Counted from the first letter of the stretch, positions 9,921-19,959 are shown. The stretch: DNA of 64,000 nucleotides from Candidatus Krumholzibacteriales bacterium (GCA_046483305.1 JAWODM010000004.1:32001-96000), one strand, 5' to 3'. Program-made: numbers and translations. Notes: generated from the letters alone by a model not told the origin.

Positions 9921-10301
9921 ATGAACGATATAAACATCACTTTATCGAAACCTAAGAGTAATCCTGCTGTTACTATCGTCTCGGTGGATGGATTTATCGA
10001 TACCACTACTTCCGGAACCCTGGAGGATAGCATAAAGAAACTCTTGAAAAAGCAGAATTTCGATCTGGTTATTGATCTCGGCGGTGTGGATTATATAAGT
10101 TCGGCGGGCTGGGGTATATTTATAAGTGAAATAAGAAGAATAAGAGAGAACGGGGGAGACCTTAAACTTGCCGCTATGATGGGGGATGTTTATGAGGTTT
10201 TCGAACTTCTCGAATTTCAGACTATCCTCGAAAGTTATGATACAGTCGAAGAAGCGGTAGAAAGCTTCGGCAAGTATTCCAATCTGGTGAACAACAATTA
10301 G
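9921..10301 (+). CDS. STAS-domain anti-sigma factor antagonist
   Basis: VSVDGFID...VIDLGGVDYISSAGWG...GDLKL...VYEVFELL. Confidence 0.9.
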   Translation: MNDINITLSKPKSNPAVTIVSVDGFIDTTTSGTLEDSIKKLLKKQNFDLVIDLGGVDYISSAGWGIFISEIRRIRENGGDLKLAAMMGDVYEVFELLEFQTILESYDTVEEAVESFGKYSNLVNNN

Positions 10302-10539
10302 GCTCCGCTGCAAAGCCCCGCGGGTTCCGGGCCGGCGGCATAAATTCACAGTACATCGAAACTGAAAGCGAAGTGCATCTGCCTGACCGGCAGTTTCATG
10401 CTCAGCATTATCCCTGAACCGGGAAATCTGCGGCTCGCCTGACAGGGCAGGCCGATTCGGGGCGGTAATCCTGCGCACTTGAAGTGAAACTGATCATGAA
10501 GTAGAATGAGTCAGTCGGAAAGGCGAATGGAGAATAAAG

Positions 10540-12693
10540 GTGTTTGAAGCTTTCAGGAATATCGAAGCGGATAATCTATACTGGGGAGCGGCGCTGGCTG
10601 CTCTCTTAACCGTGCTGGCATTCACTGTTTACCGCAGAACCTATCCGGAAATTTCCAGAGCCAGAAGGTTGATTCTGAGCGGTGCGAGAACCTTTCTTTT
10701 TATTTGCCTTATAATATTCCTGATAAACCCGGTGATTAATTTCTCACGCAGAAAGGCATTGGAGCCGGTCATTCCGGTTCTGATTGATAAATCGGGGAGC
10801 ATGGATATCGAGGGCGGTTCAGGAAGAAGCAGGAAAGCCATCGCTGACTCTATTCTGGTATTGATCAGAGAAACTGTGCCCGGAAGGTTTCAAGGCAGGG
10901 TGGAAACAATACCATTTGCCGGCGCTCTTATAACTGATGATATGGCAGATACAGATATGTCAGGGACAGACATAGAGGGAGCGGTCGGGGAAGTTATCAG
11001 CCGCTACAGATTTGAGAATCTTCCCTGTATCTTTCTGATATCAGACGGGGCAGATACCGGAGCGAACGAGTCCGCTGCGAAGCTGGATATTCCCGTTTAC
11101 AGCGTATGTGTGGGGGAGACACTTCGTGGAGGGGATATTACGATTGAGGATATAATTCACAGCGAAAGGGTTTTCTCGGGGATGGACTCGAGGATTGATG
11201 TAATAGCGACCTCTTCCGGACTGGAAGGAGGTTGGTTAGAGGCAGGGCTCTATGAAGAAGGCAAAGGCATAGACAGCGCGAGAACAGAGGCGTATTCGGG
11301 CAGCAGGGAGTACCGGTTTTCCCTGAACTATAATTCAGAGGAACCGGGCGAGCATATACTCGAGGTGAGGCTGAGATACGGCGGAAATGAGGTATCCGGA
11401 ACAGGCAGGGAGAAATTCAGCCTGAAGGTAATGGAAGAAACCAGCAGGATTCTTTATATCGATGAGTTTCCGGATTGGAATACAACTTTCCTGAGGGACC
11501 TGGCCGTAAGTATGGAAAGATACAGCTTCGATTTCATAACCAGAAACCCGTCCCGCGGCTATCTGAAGCTCAATGACTATTCAGGGTGGCGATTCCCGGA
11601 TAGCACCGGGAGACTGGATCGATACAGGCTGGTAATGATATCAGATGCGCCGGTTATTTTCTCAGATCCCTCCAGGGTGCGGATTCTGAAGGAATATGTG
11701 AAAGGGGGAGGTTCCGTTCTGTTGATGGCGGACCTGAATTCTCCTCTGATTTCGATGAGTTCATACCGGCCATTGAGTGATTTTCTGCCTGTAAGGACGG
11801 TTTCTGAACCGGAATTATTATCGGGAAATTTCTTTTTTGGTATTTCCAGAGAAGCAGGCAATCCGGTGGCGGTTGCAATGGCTGAGACCGGAACTGCCGG
11901 CAGAATTCCTCCTCTGCCATCAGTTATATCAGGTTATAAGGAAACCATGAGCGCGGAGGTTCCGCTGTATATTACCGGACGGAAGAATGAGCGTATTACC
12001 CCCATGTTCGCAATATCGGAGTATGGCGAGGGTTCCGCCGGTGTCCTTAACGGCATCGGTTTGTGGAGGTGGAGGCTCTCCGGCGAAGACGGCAGGACCG
12101 CTTATAACACACTTTTCTCTTCCCTGATACAGCACATGGCGGGAGGGAAAGAGAGTGGTAAACTCAGGATAGAAAGCTCCAGGAAAAGCTACAGTTTCGG
12201 GGAGACTCCCAGAATAAATGTAAGAAGCAGCAGGGGAGCGCTTATGGATGGAATCAAGGGCAGATTGTACGACCGGGATGGGAAGCTTATAAGAACTTTT
12301 CTTTTCAATCCCCGTTTCGATGAGGAGGGTATTTATTCAGCCGAGATACCATCGCTGCAGCCGGGCTATTACAGAGTTACCGGAAGAGAAATACTGGAAT
12401 CAGGGGGGGGGATGGCCGGTGAGACATGGTTTTCCGTCGACTCGCTTTCAGTTGAATTTGTAAGAAAGTCCGCTGACCCGGGTTTTCTCAGAGAACTTTC
12501 CGAAAGATCGGGGGGGAAACTGACAACAGCTGACAAAATAGATGAGGTTATAGCTGAAAATATAAGTAAAGACAAGGTATACAGAGAAGATGCCAGAACT
12601 GTTTCAATCAGGACCTCCACTCTGCTGCTTATGCTTATACTTGCTTCCGCGGTACTGGAATGGGTATTGAGAAAAGCCTGGGGGCTGGTATAG
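10540..12693 (+). CDS. Membrane-anchored vWA-domain protein with Ig-like and glutamine-amidotransferase-like domains
   Basis: Two N-terminal TM helices, MIDAS-like LIDKSGSM...GTDI...LISDG, central EYVKGGGSVLL, and a C-terminal TM ending LEWVLRKAWGL. Confidence 0.7.
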   Translation: MFEAFRNIEADNLYWGAALAALLTVLAFTVYRRTYPEISRARRLILSGARTFLFICLIIFLINPVINFSRRKALEPVIPVLIDKSGSMDIEGGSGRSRKAIADSILVLIRETVPGRFQGRVETIPFAGALITDDMADTDMSGTDIEGAVGEVISRYRFENLPCIFLISDGADTGANESAAKLDIPVYSVCVGETLRGGDITIEDIIHSERVFSGMDSRIDVIATSSGLEGGWLEAGLYEEGKGIDSARTEAYSGSREYRFSLNYNSEEPGEHILEVRLRYGGNEVSGTGREKFSLKVMEETSRILYIDEFPDWNTTFLRDLAVSMERYSFDFITRNPSRGYLKLNDYSGWRFPDSTGRLDRYRLVMISDAPVIFSDPSRVRILKEYVKGGGSVLLMADLNSPLISMSSYRPLSDFLPVRTVSEPELLSGNFFFGISREAGNPVAVAMAETGTAGRIPPLPSVISGYKETMSAEVPLYITGRKNERITPMFAISEYGEGSAGVLNGIGLWRWRLSGEDGRTAYNTLFSSLIQHMAGGKESGKLRIESSRKSYSFGETPRINVRSSRGALMDGIKGRLYDRDGKLIRTFLFNPRFDEEGIYSAEIPSLQPGYYRVTGREILESGGGMAGETWFSVDSLSVEFVRKSADPGFLRELSERSGGKLTTADKIDEVIAENISKDKVYREDARTVSIRTSTLLLMLILASAVLEWVLRKAWGLV

Positions 12694-12860
12694 AAAGATT
12701 TTAAACTCCGGTCTATATGATAGGCGGATAATTATTCCGCACGTTAACGGAAGAACGGGAATTCCGCTTCATTCACTATCGGTAATTTTTTTTGAAAAAA
12801 AGTTTGAACTTAATTTAAATAACGGTTAATCTGGAATATCGCCGTTGTGAGGAGGAGAAG

Positions 12861-14687
12861 GTGATGAGGTGTAAAGCCGGCGTTTTTTCTTATATTTCGA
12901 TCCCCGGGAAAGACCGGAACCCCCTTTCCGGGGTCAGTGCGTCAATTAATAATAATATAATTTCTTATTTCAACTGTTCCATTCTGCTGTTCTGCCTGCT
13001 GCCCGTTTCAGCCATTTCAGCAGGGGCTGAAATAGTTTTAAACGAGATATATTACGATCATCCGGGGCCGGATTCAGGAAGAGAGTATGTGGAAATTTAT
13101 AACAGGGCCGACCGGAGAATAAACCTATGCGGGATAAGGATTGAATTTGCGGACGGAAGAACAGGTAACTGCAGGCTGTTCTTTGAATTTGGCCCCAATC
13201 ATTATATTGACCCTCGTGGATGGGTATTGGCCGGCGGTGACAGTTCAAATACTTTCTCACCCCGGTGTGTTCTCGAGAACGGGCCGGATGCCGTTATCCT
13301 GAAGGACCGGGATTTGGTAATGGACCTGGTCGGCTACGGCGATCTTCAGTTATCCGGCCTGTTCGAGTCTGTTCCAGCTCCGGATGTCGAAGCTGGCCTC
13401 TCCCTGTCTCGAAAGCCAGACGGCGAAGATACTGATAACAACATGATGGATTTTGTTCCAGCAATACCTTCGCCCGGCTCGAAGAACTTCTACCTGAGGG
13501 ATATAGGTATTTCGGTTTCCTCTCAACGGCTTCTGCCGTGCAGGGGCGGGTTGCTGGATCCCTGTTTGACAGTTATTAATAACGGTTTAGAGCCGTTCAC
13601 GGGGTCTTTTGAGTTAATCATGGAAGGAGAGGATTATTGCAAGGGTATCCGCCTTGAATCACTGGAACCGGGAGGCGTTTTCCCGGTTGAGGCGGATGTA
13701 GCGGTGGCATCCTCGATGGATAGCCTTGAATTCACAGCATTCATAAGCGGGGATACCGGAGAGAACACAGGCAATGATACTGTCAGGCTATCGATTCTTA
13801 CCTCTCCCGGAAGTATCCTGATAAACGAGATAATGTACCGGCCCCGGCTTGACAGCTGCGAATGGATAGAGCTCTTTAACAACAGCAGCCGGAAAGTCAA
13901 TATAAGGGACTGGCGGATAAGTGACGCCAGAGAAAGGGACGTGTCGATTACTGAACAGGATACCTGGATCAGTGCCGGTTCTTACCTGATACTGGCCCAG
14001 GATCCGGAGAAGTTCGCGGAAGGGATGGAATCAGGAATATGCTCCGCGGAATTGAATGCTTCGTCAGAAAATAAATATAAGAACGGTTTATCCAATGGGT
14101 CAGGCCTTAACGTTATGGGAGTGGACGGCGGATGGCCGGTACTCAATGATTACCCCGGTTATTCCAGAAGGGAAGCAGTAACCCTTCTGGACAGCTCCGG
14201 AAGGGTGGCCGAGCAGGTAGAGTATATTGACCTGCTGGAAGGTGAAAGGGGAAGGTCCATCGAGCGATATTCCCCTATGGTATGCAGTTCGGCGCCGGGA
14301 GGGCTCTGGCACAGGTCGGCATCTCCCGACGGGTCCACCCCCGGGGCCGTCAACTCCGTATCCGGCGGCATAACCGGTTCTCTTTCCATAACCCCTAATC
14401 CCTTTTTTATTAACAGAGACCGCGCGGTGGAGATATCCGGGAAAATATGCTCAGGGGCAGAAGGATTTCTGGTACGGATATTCAGCCTTTCCGGGATGGA
14501 AGTGGCCAGGGTTTACGGCGAAAAACGGGGCGCGGAACATTTTTCGTCTCTCTGGAATGGTTATGACAGCGGCGGTAATCGGGTCGGTACGGGCCTGTAT
14601 ATATGCGTTGCCGAATATTTGTCGATGGGCGGCAGTGTGGTAAGGAGGGAAAAGGAATGCATCGCGGTTTCGTCCGGACCATTTTAG
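12861..14687 (+). CDS. Secreted protein with two lamin-tail domains and C-terminal FlgD-like domain
   Basis: IVLNEIYYD...EYVEIYN and ILINEIMY...EWIELFN, each ending SPG/TPG; C-terminal ITPNPF...WNGYDSGGNRVGTGLYI. Exact start uncertain. Confidence 0.8.
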   Translation: MMRCKAGVFSYISIPGKDRNPLSGVSASINNNIISYFNCSILLFCLLPVSAISAGAEIVLNEIYYDHPGPDSGREYVEIYNRADRRINLCGIRIEFADGRTGNCRLFFEFGPNHYIDPRGWVLAGGDSSNTFSPRCVLENGPDAVILKDRDLVMDLVGYGDLQLSGLFESVPAPDVEAGLSLSRKPDGEDTDNNMMDFVPAIPSPGSKNFYLRDIGISVSSQRLLPCRGGLLDPCLTVINNGLEPFTGSFELIMEGEDYCKGIRLESLEPGGVFPVEADVAVASSMDSLEFTAFISGDTGENTGNDTVRLSILTSPGSILINEIMYRPRLDSCEWIELFNNSSRKVNIRDWRISDARERDVSITEQDTWISAGSYLILAQDPEKFAEGMESGICSAELNASSENKYKNGLSNGSGLNVMGVDGGWPVLNDYPGYSRREAVTLLDSSGRVAEQVEYIDLLEGERGRSIERYSPMVCSSAPGGLWHRSASPDGSTPGAVNSVSGGITGSLSITPNPFFINRDRAVEISGKICSGAEGFLVRIFSLSGMEVARVYGEKRGAEHFSSLWNGYDSGGNRVGTGLYICVAEYLSMGGSVVRREKECIAVSSGPF

Positions 14688-15439
14688 CTTTTTATACGAT
14701 TATGTTACTGCCTTCGGTTATCAGCGCAGGGGGGAGTGTGTGGGAGATGGGGAGGGCCGGAACGGTTCACCCTGTTCTATATTCACCCGATATCAGGTGC
14801 GGCTTTGAGTTCAAGAAATATTCGGGGCTGGTATCATCGATATCCAACCCTTATTCGATACCCGGCCTTTACCGGATGTACATTGCCGGATTCTCCGGCT
14901 GGGAATACCTTGATATCCGGGTTTCCTGGTCTCATACCGCACACCGTCTATATCATAATGATATTTTCAGGATACGGTTGACTGCCACCCGGGCCGGCAG
15001 ATTGAGCTCGGGAATAGTACTCAGAGCTGACTCCAGAGGCGTGCAGGGAACCGGCAGGGAGAACCTTTTATTCGTAGAGGGGGTTGCCGCTTTCAGGGCT
15101 GGAGAGTTATTTTCCGCCGGCTGGGAGATGATATTGCATCATTCCGGGGGGTATCGCTTCCTCAGAAACAGGCTGATAATTTCATTTAAGATAGAGAGGC
15201 TGTCGATACTGGTCAACCGGGATGTATACGGCCAACGGGTTTCTGAAACAGCGGCCGGTTTAGAGTTAGCCCTCTCCGATCGATTATCCCTTCTCTCGGG
15301 ATACCGTTTCAGAACCGGGGAGATATCTTTCGGCATCTTTTGCTGGTTTAGCGGAAGCTGTTTTGGGATATCATGGAGTGACCATCCTGTCCTGGGAACC
15401 ACGGCGGGATGCGGGCTGGGAGGATTCAGGACCAGATGA
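14657..15439 (+). CDS. Hypothetical exported protein, probable outer-membrane beta-barrel
   Basis: ATG after AAGGA gives a signal-peptide-like N-terminus; alternating hydrophobic strands; ends HPVLGTTAGCGL; overlaps both neighbours. Confidence 0.55.
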   Translation: MHRGFVRTILAFYTIMLLPSVISAGGSVWEMGRAGTVHPVLYSPDIRCGFEFKKYSGLVSSISNPYSIPGLYRMYIAGFSGWEYLDIRVSWSHTAHRLYHNDIFRIRLTATRAGRLSSGIVLRADSRGVQGTGRENLLFVEGVAAFRAGELFSAGWEMILHHSGGYRFLRNRLIISFKIERLSILVNRDVYGQRVSETAAGLELALSDRLSLLSGYRFRTGEISFGIFCWFSGSCFGISWSDHPVLGTTAGCGLGGFRTR

Positions 15440-17091
15440 TTCGGATTGCGCTGTCCATTGCATATCTGACCGCACTGATGGCGATACCTTCCGGTGGAAG
15501 GGCGGAAAGGATAACCGAAGACAAGGAACTGTTCGGGGAGCTCTCTCCGGAGCAGTACAGGATATTGAGGGAGTATGAGCGTCACCGGATAGACCTGGCT
15601 GACGGCGGGATTGAAGAGTTGCTCGATATTCCCGGATTTCCGCCAGGCCTGGCAGCCAGGATTTCGCAGCTGGAAAGAAAATACGGGAATAGATGGTTTG
15701 AGCATCTTAAGCCCCCGGAGAAAAAGCTTTTATACAGATACCGCAGATGGATAAAGCTGCCCGCTTCCGGTGACAGGTTCGATCTCGATGCCAGATTCAG
15801 CGCCAGGTCTTGCGGAAATGCCGGCAGGGAACGGTTCTTCGTCTCCGCCCGGGCCGGGGATTGGAAGGGTGTTTACAGATCTGAAATTTCAGACAACAGA
15901 AGAATAGCGACCGCAATGGTAAAAGCTGCTTTTGCGGGGGATGCATTTAGATTGTACGGCGGTGATTTCTGCCCGGATATACCACTGGGGCTTTTATCCT
16001 CTTCTTCTTTCTTCAGTTACCAGCATTCGAGCGGTTATCCCATCAGGAATTACAGGTGGGTCGGGACGGGAACCGGTTTCTACGGTAACTCTATGCGTGG
16101 CACCGCGCTCCAGCTGAAGGGAAGTTTCTTCAGGGTTGCCTGCTTCACCGGGAATCGGAGAAAATACGATTTTACCTACGAAAGAGAGAAAACCGCAGGC
16201 GCGGCTATGGAGTTTAATTGCAGAGCATACAGATACGGAGCAGCTGTCCTGAAAGGCGATGGAATCACCCTGAAAGGCTTTCATTTCAGGTATATACCTG
16301 ATGAAGGCCTGGACTTCGGTATTGAGGCGGCATTATCCCCTGGAGGGGAAACGGCCTGGTCGGCCGGCTTGAAATGCCGATTGAAAGGTTTCAGGGCCGG
16401 ATTTCTGCTTTACAGCGTGGGAAGCGGTTTCAGGAGCGGGATGGGTAAGATTCCGGGGGCCGGTACCTCGGTAGCCGGCGAAAAAAGAGGTATGGGAGCG
16501 TCCGCAAGGAAGAGATTGTATAGGGGGTTGTATGCGGCATTCTGCGCTGAGGGTATTGTGAAACGAACGTTTTATTCCAGGGAAAGGAAGGTTTCGGCCA
16601 GCGCGAGACTGGATGCCCGGAAGAAAGGCAGCAGTCTGATACTGGAATGGAAATTTGATTCCCTGGAAAAAGGAAGACTTGTTCCCTTCCCGCCCGTTCA
16701 GTCAGAAATAACGGACGGAAAAGGAAAAATCAAGTCAATCATAAACCTGCGGTTATCGAACCAGCTGCGCCTCAGGACATCCTGCAGGTACATTTACGGC
16801 AGTGATTGCGGAGTGATGATATATCCCTCAGCGCGGCTGAGCGCCTTTAATGGTTCTCTTCAGACTGATCTGGGGGTTGCACTATACAGCTCCGTTAAGG
16901 GTAATCCATTGTTCTACGCCTATGTCCCTTCCGCCAGAGGCGGTTATCCGTGGAAACGCCTCAGCGGAGAAGGAAGGTTTATGGCCGCCAGGATAAAATT
17001 CAAACTAAAGAACTTATCACTTTGTATTTCAATTAACGGGGAGAGCGGAGACGAACTTGAATCGGGTATACAGATATCCGCATTATTTTGA
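15436..17091 (+). CDS. Exported protein with ComEA-like helix-hairpin-helix motif and probable beta-barrel
   Basis: Signal peptide; IDLADGGIEELLDIPGFPPGLAARI resembles the ComEA HhH; beta-rich remainder ending in Phe (ISALF); ATGA overlap with the upstream gene. Confidence 0.6.
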   Translation: MIRIALSIAYLTALMAIPSGGRAERITEDKELFGELSPEQYRILREYERHRIDLADGGIEELLDIPGFPPGLAARISQLERKYGNRWFEHLKPPEKKLLYRYRRWIKLPASGDRFDLDARFSARSCGNAGRERFFVSARAGDWKGVYRSEISDNRRIATAMVKAAFAGDAFRLYGGDFCPDIPLGLLSSSSFFSYQHSSGYPIRNYRWVGTGTGFYGNSMRGTALQLKGSFFRVACFTGNRRKYDFTYEREKTAGAAMEFNCRAYRYGAAVLKGDGITLKGFHFRYIPDEGLDFGIEAALSPGGETAWSAGLKCRLKGFRAGFLLYSVGSGFRSGMGKIPGAGTSVAGEKRGMGASARKRLYRGLYAAFCAEGIVKRTFYSRERKVSASARLDARKKGSSLILEWKFDSLEKGRLVPFPPVQSEITDGKGKIKSIINLRLSNQLRLRTSCRYIYGSDCGVMIYPSARLSAFNGSLQTDLGVALYSSVKGNPLFYAYVPSARGGYPWKRLSGEGRFMAARIKFKLKNLSLCISINGESGDELESGIQISALF

Positions 17092-17136
17092 TTATCGGCT
17101 GCAATCTGGAATCAATTCTGCACTATATAAGAATTC

Positions 17137-18663
17137 ATGGAAACAAGATTCAGAATACTGTACGAAGCTGCCGGAATTGAAAGCAGGGCTATTCCCGTCA
17201 AAACTGATTTCCCTTTCTCCGACTACCTTGAGGAAATAGCGGGAATTGATATCGACCGGAACGACAGTGAACGGATCGCTGATATCGCGGGGGAGGAAAC
17301 GGTACGCCGGAGAGCAGGCAGGCTGGCGGAATTTCTTTCCATATCCGCCGATCCTGGCAGAGATATTCTCTATATATTATCCCGGGCTGTCTCGGGAGAT
17401 AAATGGGGCATGAAACTGCTTTTCACTATCTTCCTGGCTGAGCCTTCCCCGGCAAGAGTAATCTCCGAATACTCTGGTTTTGAAAATCTCAGGCGCCTGA
17501 TGAAATATATCGGCGAGAAGGTAGATGCGGGGCGGCAGCTCTCCGAGAGAGAACAGCTCTTAAGCAGGAAAGTTGAACTGCTTCCGATATCCCATCCCCT
17601 TCCGGGATCCGGCTCGGATGAAAATTCCTGGGAAGGCTGGAAGAAGGGTGTAAGCAGGGCAATGTCGGACCCGGATAATAATTGGGAAGATCAGTTGAGG
17701 GAAAGAATATATGCTGAACTTGAGGCCAGACTGATAAGGGTAAACAGAATTTTTTCGGAGATTGATTCTTCAGCTCACCGGAATCTGGCTGCCGCGCTGG
17801 TTAACATGAGGGAAAAGGCGAGCTGGACCCTGGAATCAATGAGGGACGCTCCGCATATATCGGCAGATTCGACTTTATACATTAAAAGCGGGCTTTCCGG
17901 CCACTGGAAGAATACTTTGAAAAGCCTGGAGAAAAGAGCGGCAGGCAGGATTGTGAAAAGTATGTTCGAGGCGCAGGAGAAAAAAGTTCATTCCTACCCT
18001 GGCCTTCAGGCCGGAACGGCGGTGGTAAGGGCAGTTCTGAATCATCCCCAGGTATCATCATACTGGAAGCCGGATATATTAAGTTCTCTGCAAATCTTTC
18101 TTGAATCGTCGGGAAGAGACAGGCTGGAGTTCGTCTTTCCCTCATCGAGAGTAGATGCCGCTCTCTTCAGGCTTCAGGGGTTCAGACTGGAGGGAAATAT
18201 ACTTACCGTTGAATTCAACAGGATCTCCAGAACTCAGTTTCTGGACACAGAGGGTATCCCTCTGGAATTCGACTGGGGAGTTACCATAGAAAAAGGTTCA
18301 GGAGATGATTATAAGTTTATGATATTATCAAACCTGGATAATGCTTCATTGCTGAAACATATACTGGAAAACCCCAAACTTGCTTCCAAACCGGGAGTAG
18401 TGTCCCTGATTTCACTGAGTTGCAAATCAGCTGACGTCCTGACCAGGATAGCCACCCGGAGGGATCTGTATACCGGTTTTGCCAATAAGGATGTTCCGCG
18501 CAATCTGCTTATGAACCCGGCGAGGATTCCTCTGACCGCTCTCAGGAAGTTCATCCATGTCAGGTATATAGATAAAATGACCCTGCGCCATATGGCTAAC
18601 AAGGGAGGCCAGGTAAGAGAAGAGATCCGCAGGGAAATAGAAAAGTATCTTAATTCTCAGTAA
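17137..18663 (+). CDS. Hypothetical protein, helical with repeat-like C-terminal domain
   Basis: 508-aa ORF, co-directional and closely spaced with the operon; no family recognised with confidence. Confidence 0.7.
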   Translation: METRFRILYEAAGIESRAIPVKTDFPFSDYLEEIAGIDIDRNDSERIADIAGEETVRRRAGRLAEFLSISADPGRDILYILSRAVSGDKWGMKLLFTIFLAEPSPARVISEYSGFENLRRLMKYIGEKVDAGRQLSEREQLLSRKVELLPISHPLPGSGSDENSWEGWKKGVSRAMSDPDNNWEDQLRERIYAELEARLIRVNRIFSEIDSSAHRNLAAALVNMREKASWTLESMRDAPHISADSTLYIKSGLSGHWKNTLKSLEKRAAGRIVKSMFEAQEKKVHSYPGLQAGTAVVRAVLNHPQVSSYWKPDILSSLQIFLESSGRDRLEFVFPSSRVDAALFRLQGFRLEGNILTVEFNRISRTQFLDTEGIPLEFDWGVTIEKGSGDDYKFMILSNLDNASLLKHILENPKLASKPGVVSLISLSCKSADVLTRIATRRDLYTGFANKDVPRNLLMNPARIPLTALRKFIHVRYIDKMTLRHMANKGGQVREEIRREIEKYLNSQ

Positions 18664-18730
18664 AAACAGAATATCCCGCCGCAAAAATCACTTTGAATAT
18701 ACCGGCCCGGATGCTACATTATTACTGAAG

Positions 18731-18759
18731 TTGACAATTTTATTTCAGTTAGTTAGTAT
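18731..18759 (+). promoter_or_regulatory. Putative sigma70 promoter of the aminotransferase operon
   Basis: TTGACA-17 nt-TAGTAT upstream of the GGAGG RBS. Confidence 0.45.
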
Positions 18760-18807
18760 AGTCCGGCAATTTAATATGTTTTAATGACCTTTGAGATTGG
18801 AGGGAGT

Positions 18808-19959
18808 ATGCTGGCAGAGAGAATGAGCCGTCTCGGTACAGAGACAGCATTTGAAGTGCTCCAGAAGGCTAACCAGATGGAAGCGGAAGGACGGGAAGTC
18901 ATTCACCTGGAGATAGGGGAACCTGATTTCGATACCCCCGGGAATATTATTGACGCCGCTATTAAAGCTCTGAAAGAAGGCTATACTCATTACGGCCCTT
19001 CCGCCGGGATGCTGAAGACCAGGGAGGTCTTTGCTGAGTTTATAAGTTCCGACCGCGGAGTTGAAGTGGGTCCTGATAATATCGTAGTTACCCCCGGCGC
19101 CAAGCCGATTCTTTTCTTTTCCATTCTTGCCCTGGTCGATAAGGGCGACGAAGTTATATATCCCAATCCCGGATTCCCCATCTATGAATCGGTGATAAAT
19201 TTCATGGGAGGCAAACCTGTCCCTATCCAGCTCAGGGAGGAAAAGGAGTTTTCCTTTGACCTGGAAGATATGAAAAAGCTGGTCAATGACAAGACCAAGC
19301 TGATTATAATAAACTCGCCCCACAATCCTACCGGGGGATCGCTGAGGCCCGAGGATATGAAGGGTATTGCTGAACTGGCCAACAAATACGATGCCTGGAT
19401 CCTCAGTGATGAGGTTTACAGCAAGATGGTATACGATGGCGAGCATGTGAGTATTTATGATTATCCCGAAGCTATGGACCGTACAATTCTCCTGGAGGGC
19501 CACTCCAAGACTTACGCAATGACGGGATGGAGGCTCGGTTACGGGGTAATGCCTGAAAAGCTGGCTTCACAGATCGCCAAGATTCAGACCAACAGCAATT
19601 CCTGCACGAACAGTTTCGTGCAGATGGCGGGTATCGAGGCCATAACCGGGCCTCAGGATGAGTCCAGGAAGATGATGGCTGAGTTCAAGGCCAGGCGGGA
19701 TATGTTCGTGGATGGATTGAATAAGCTTCCCGGATTTTCATGCCTGAAACCAAAGGGAGCATTTTATGTGTTTCCAAATATAACGGGGACAGGCAAGAAA
19801 TCGAAGGAGCTGGAAGAATACCTGCTTAATGAGGCGGGTGTGGCTGGCCTGAGTGGAACCAGCTTCGGGAAATATGGCGAGGGGTACCTGAGATTTTCCT
19901 ACGCCAACTCACAGAAGAACCTGAAAAGGGCTCTGGAACTGATACAGGAAGTACTTTAA
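18808..19959 (+). CDS. Class I/II PLP-dependent aminotransferase (aspartate aminotransferase-like)
   Basis: IGEPDFDTP, NSPHNPTG, SDEVY, HSKTYAMTGWRLG, GYLRFSY; ATG at 18808 follows GGAGGGAG. Confidence 0.92.
   Translation: MLAERMSRLGTETAFEVLQKANQMEAEGREVIHLEIGEPDFDTPGNIIDAAIKALKEGYTHYGPSAGMLKTREVFAEFISSDRGVEVGPDNIVVTPGAKPILFFSILALVDKGDEVIYPNPGFPIYESVINFMGGKPVPIQLREEKEFSFDLEDMKKLVNDKTKLIIINSPHNPTGGSLRPEDMKGIAELANKYDAWILSDEVYSKMVYDGEHVSIYDYPEAMDRTILLEGHSKTYAMTGWRLGYGVMPEKLASQIAKIQTNSNSCTNSFVQMAGIEAITGPQDESRKMMAEFKARRDMFVDGLNKLPGFSCLKPKGAFYVFPNITGTGKKSKELEEYLLNEAGVAGLSGTSFGKYGEGYLRFSYANSQKNLKRALELIQEVL

Noticed and set aside
12694..12860. T8/A7 tracts and the near-palindrome GCGGATAATTATTCCGC
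   Set aside because: Consistent with an ordinary terminator/promoter region; nothing specific could be supported.
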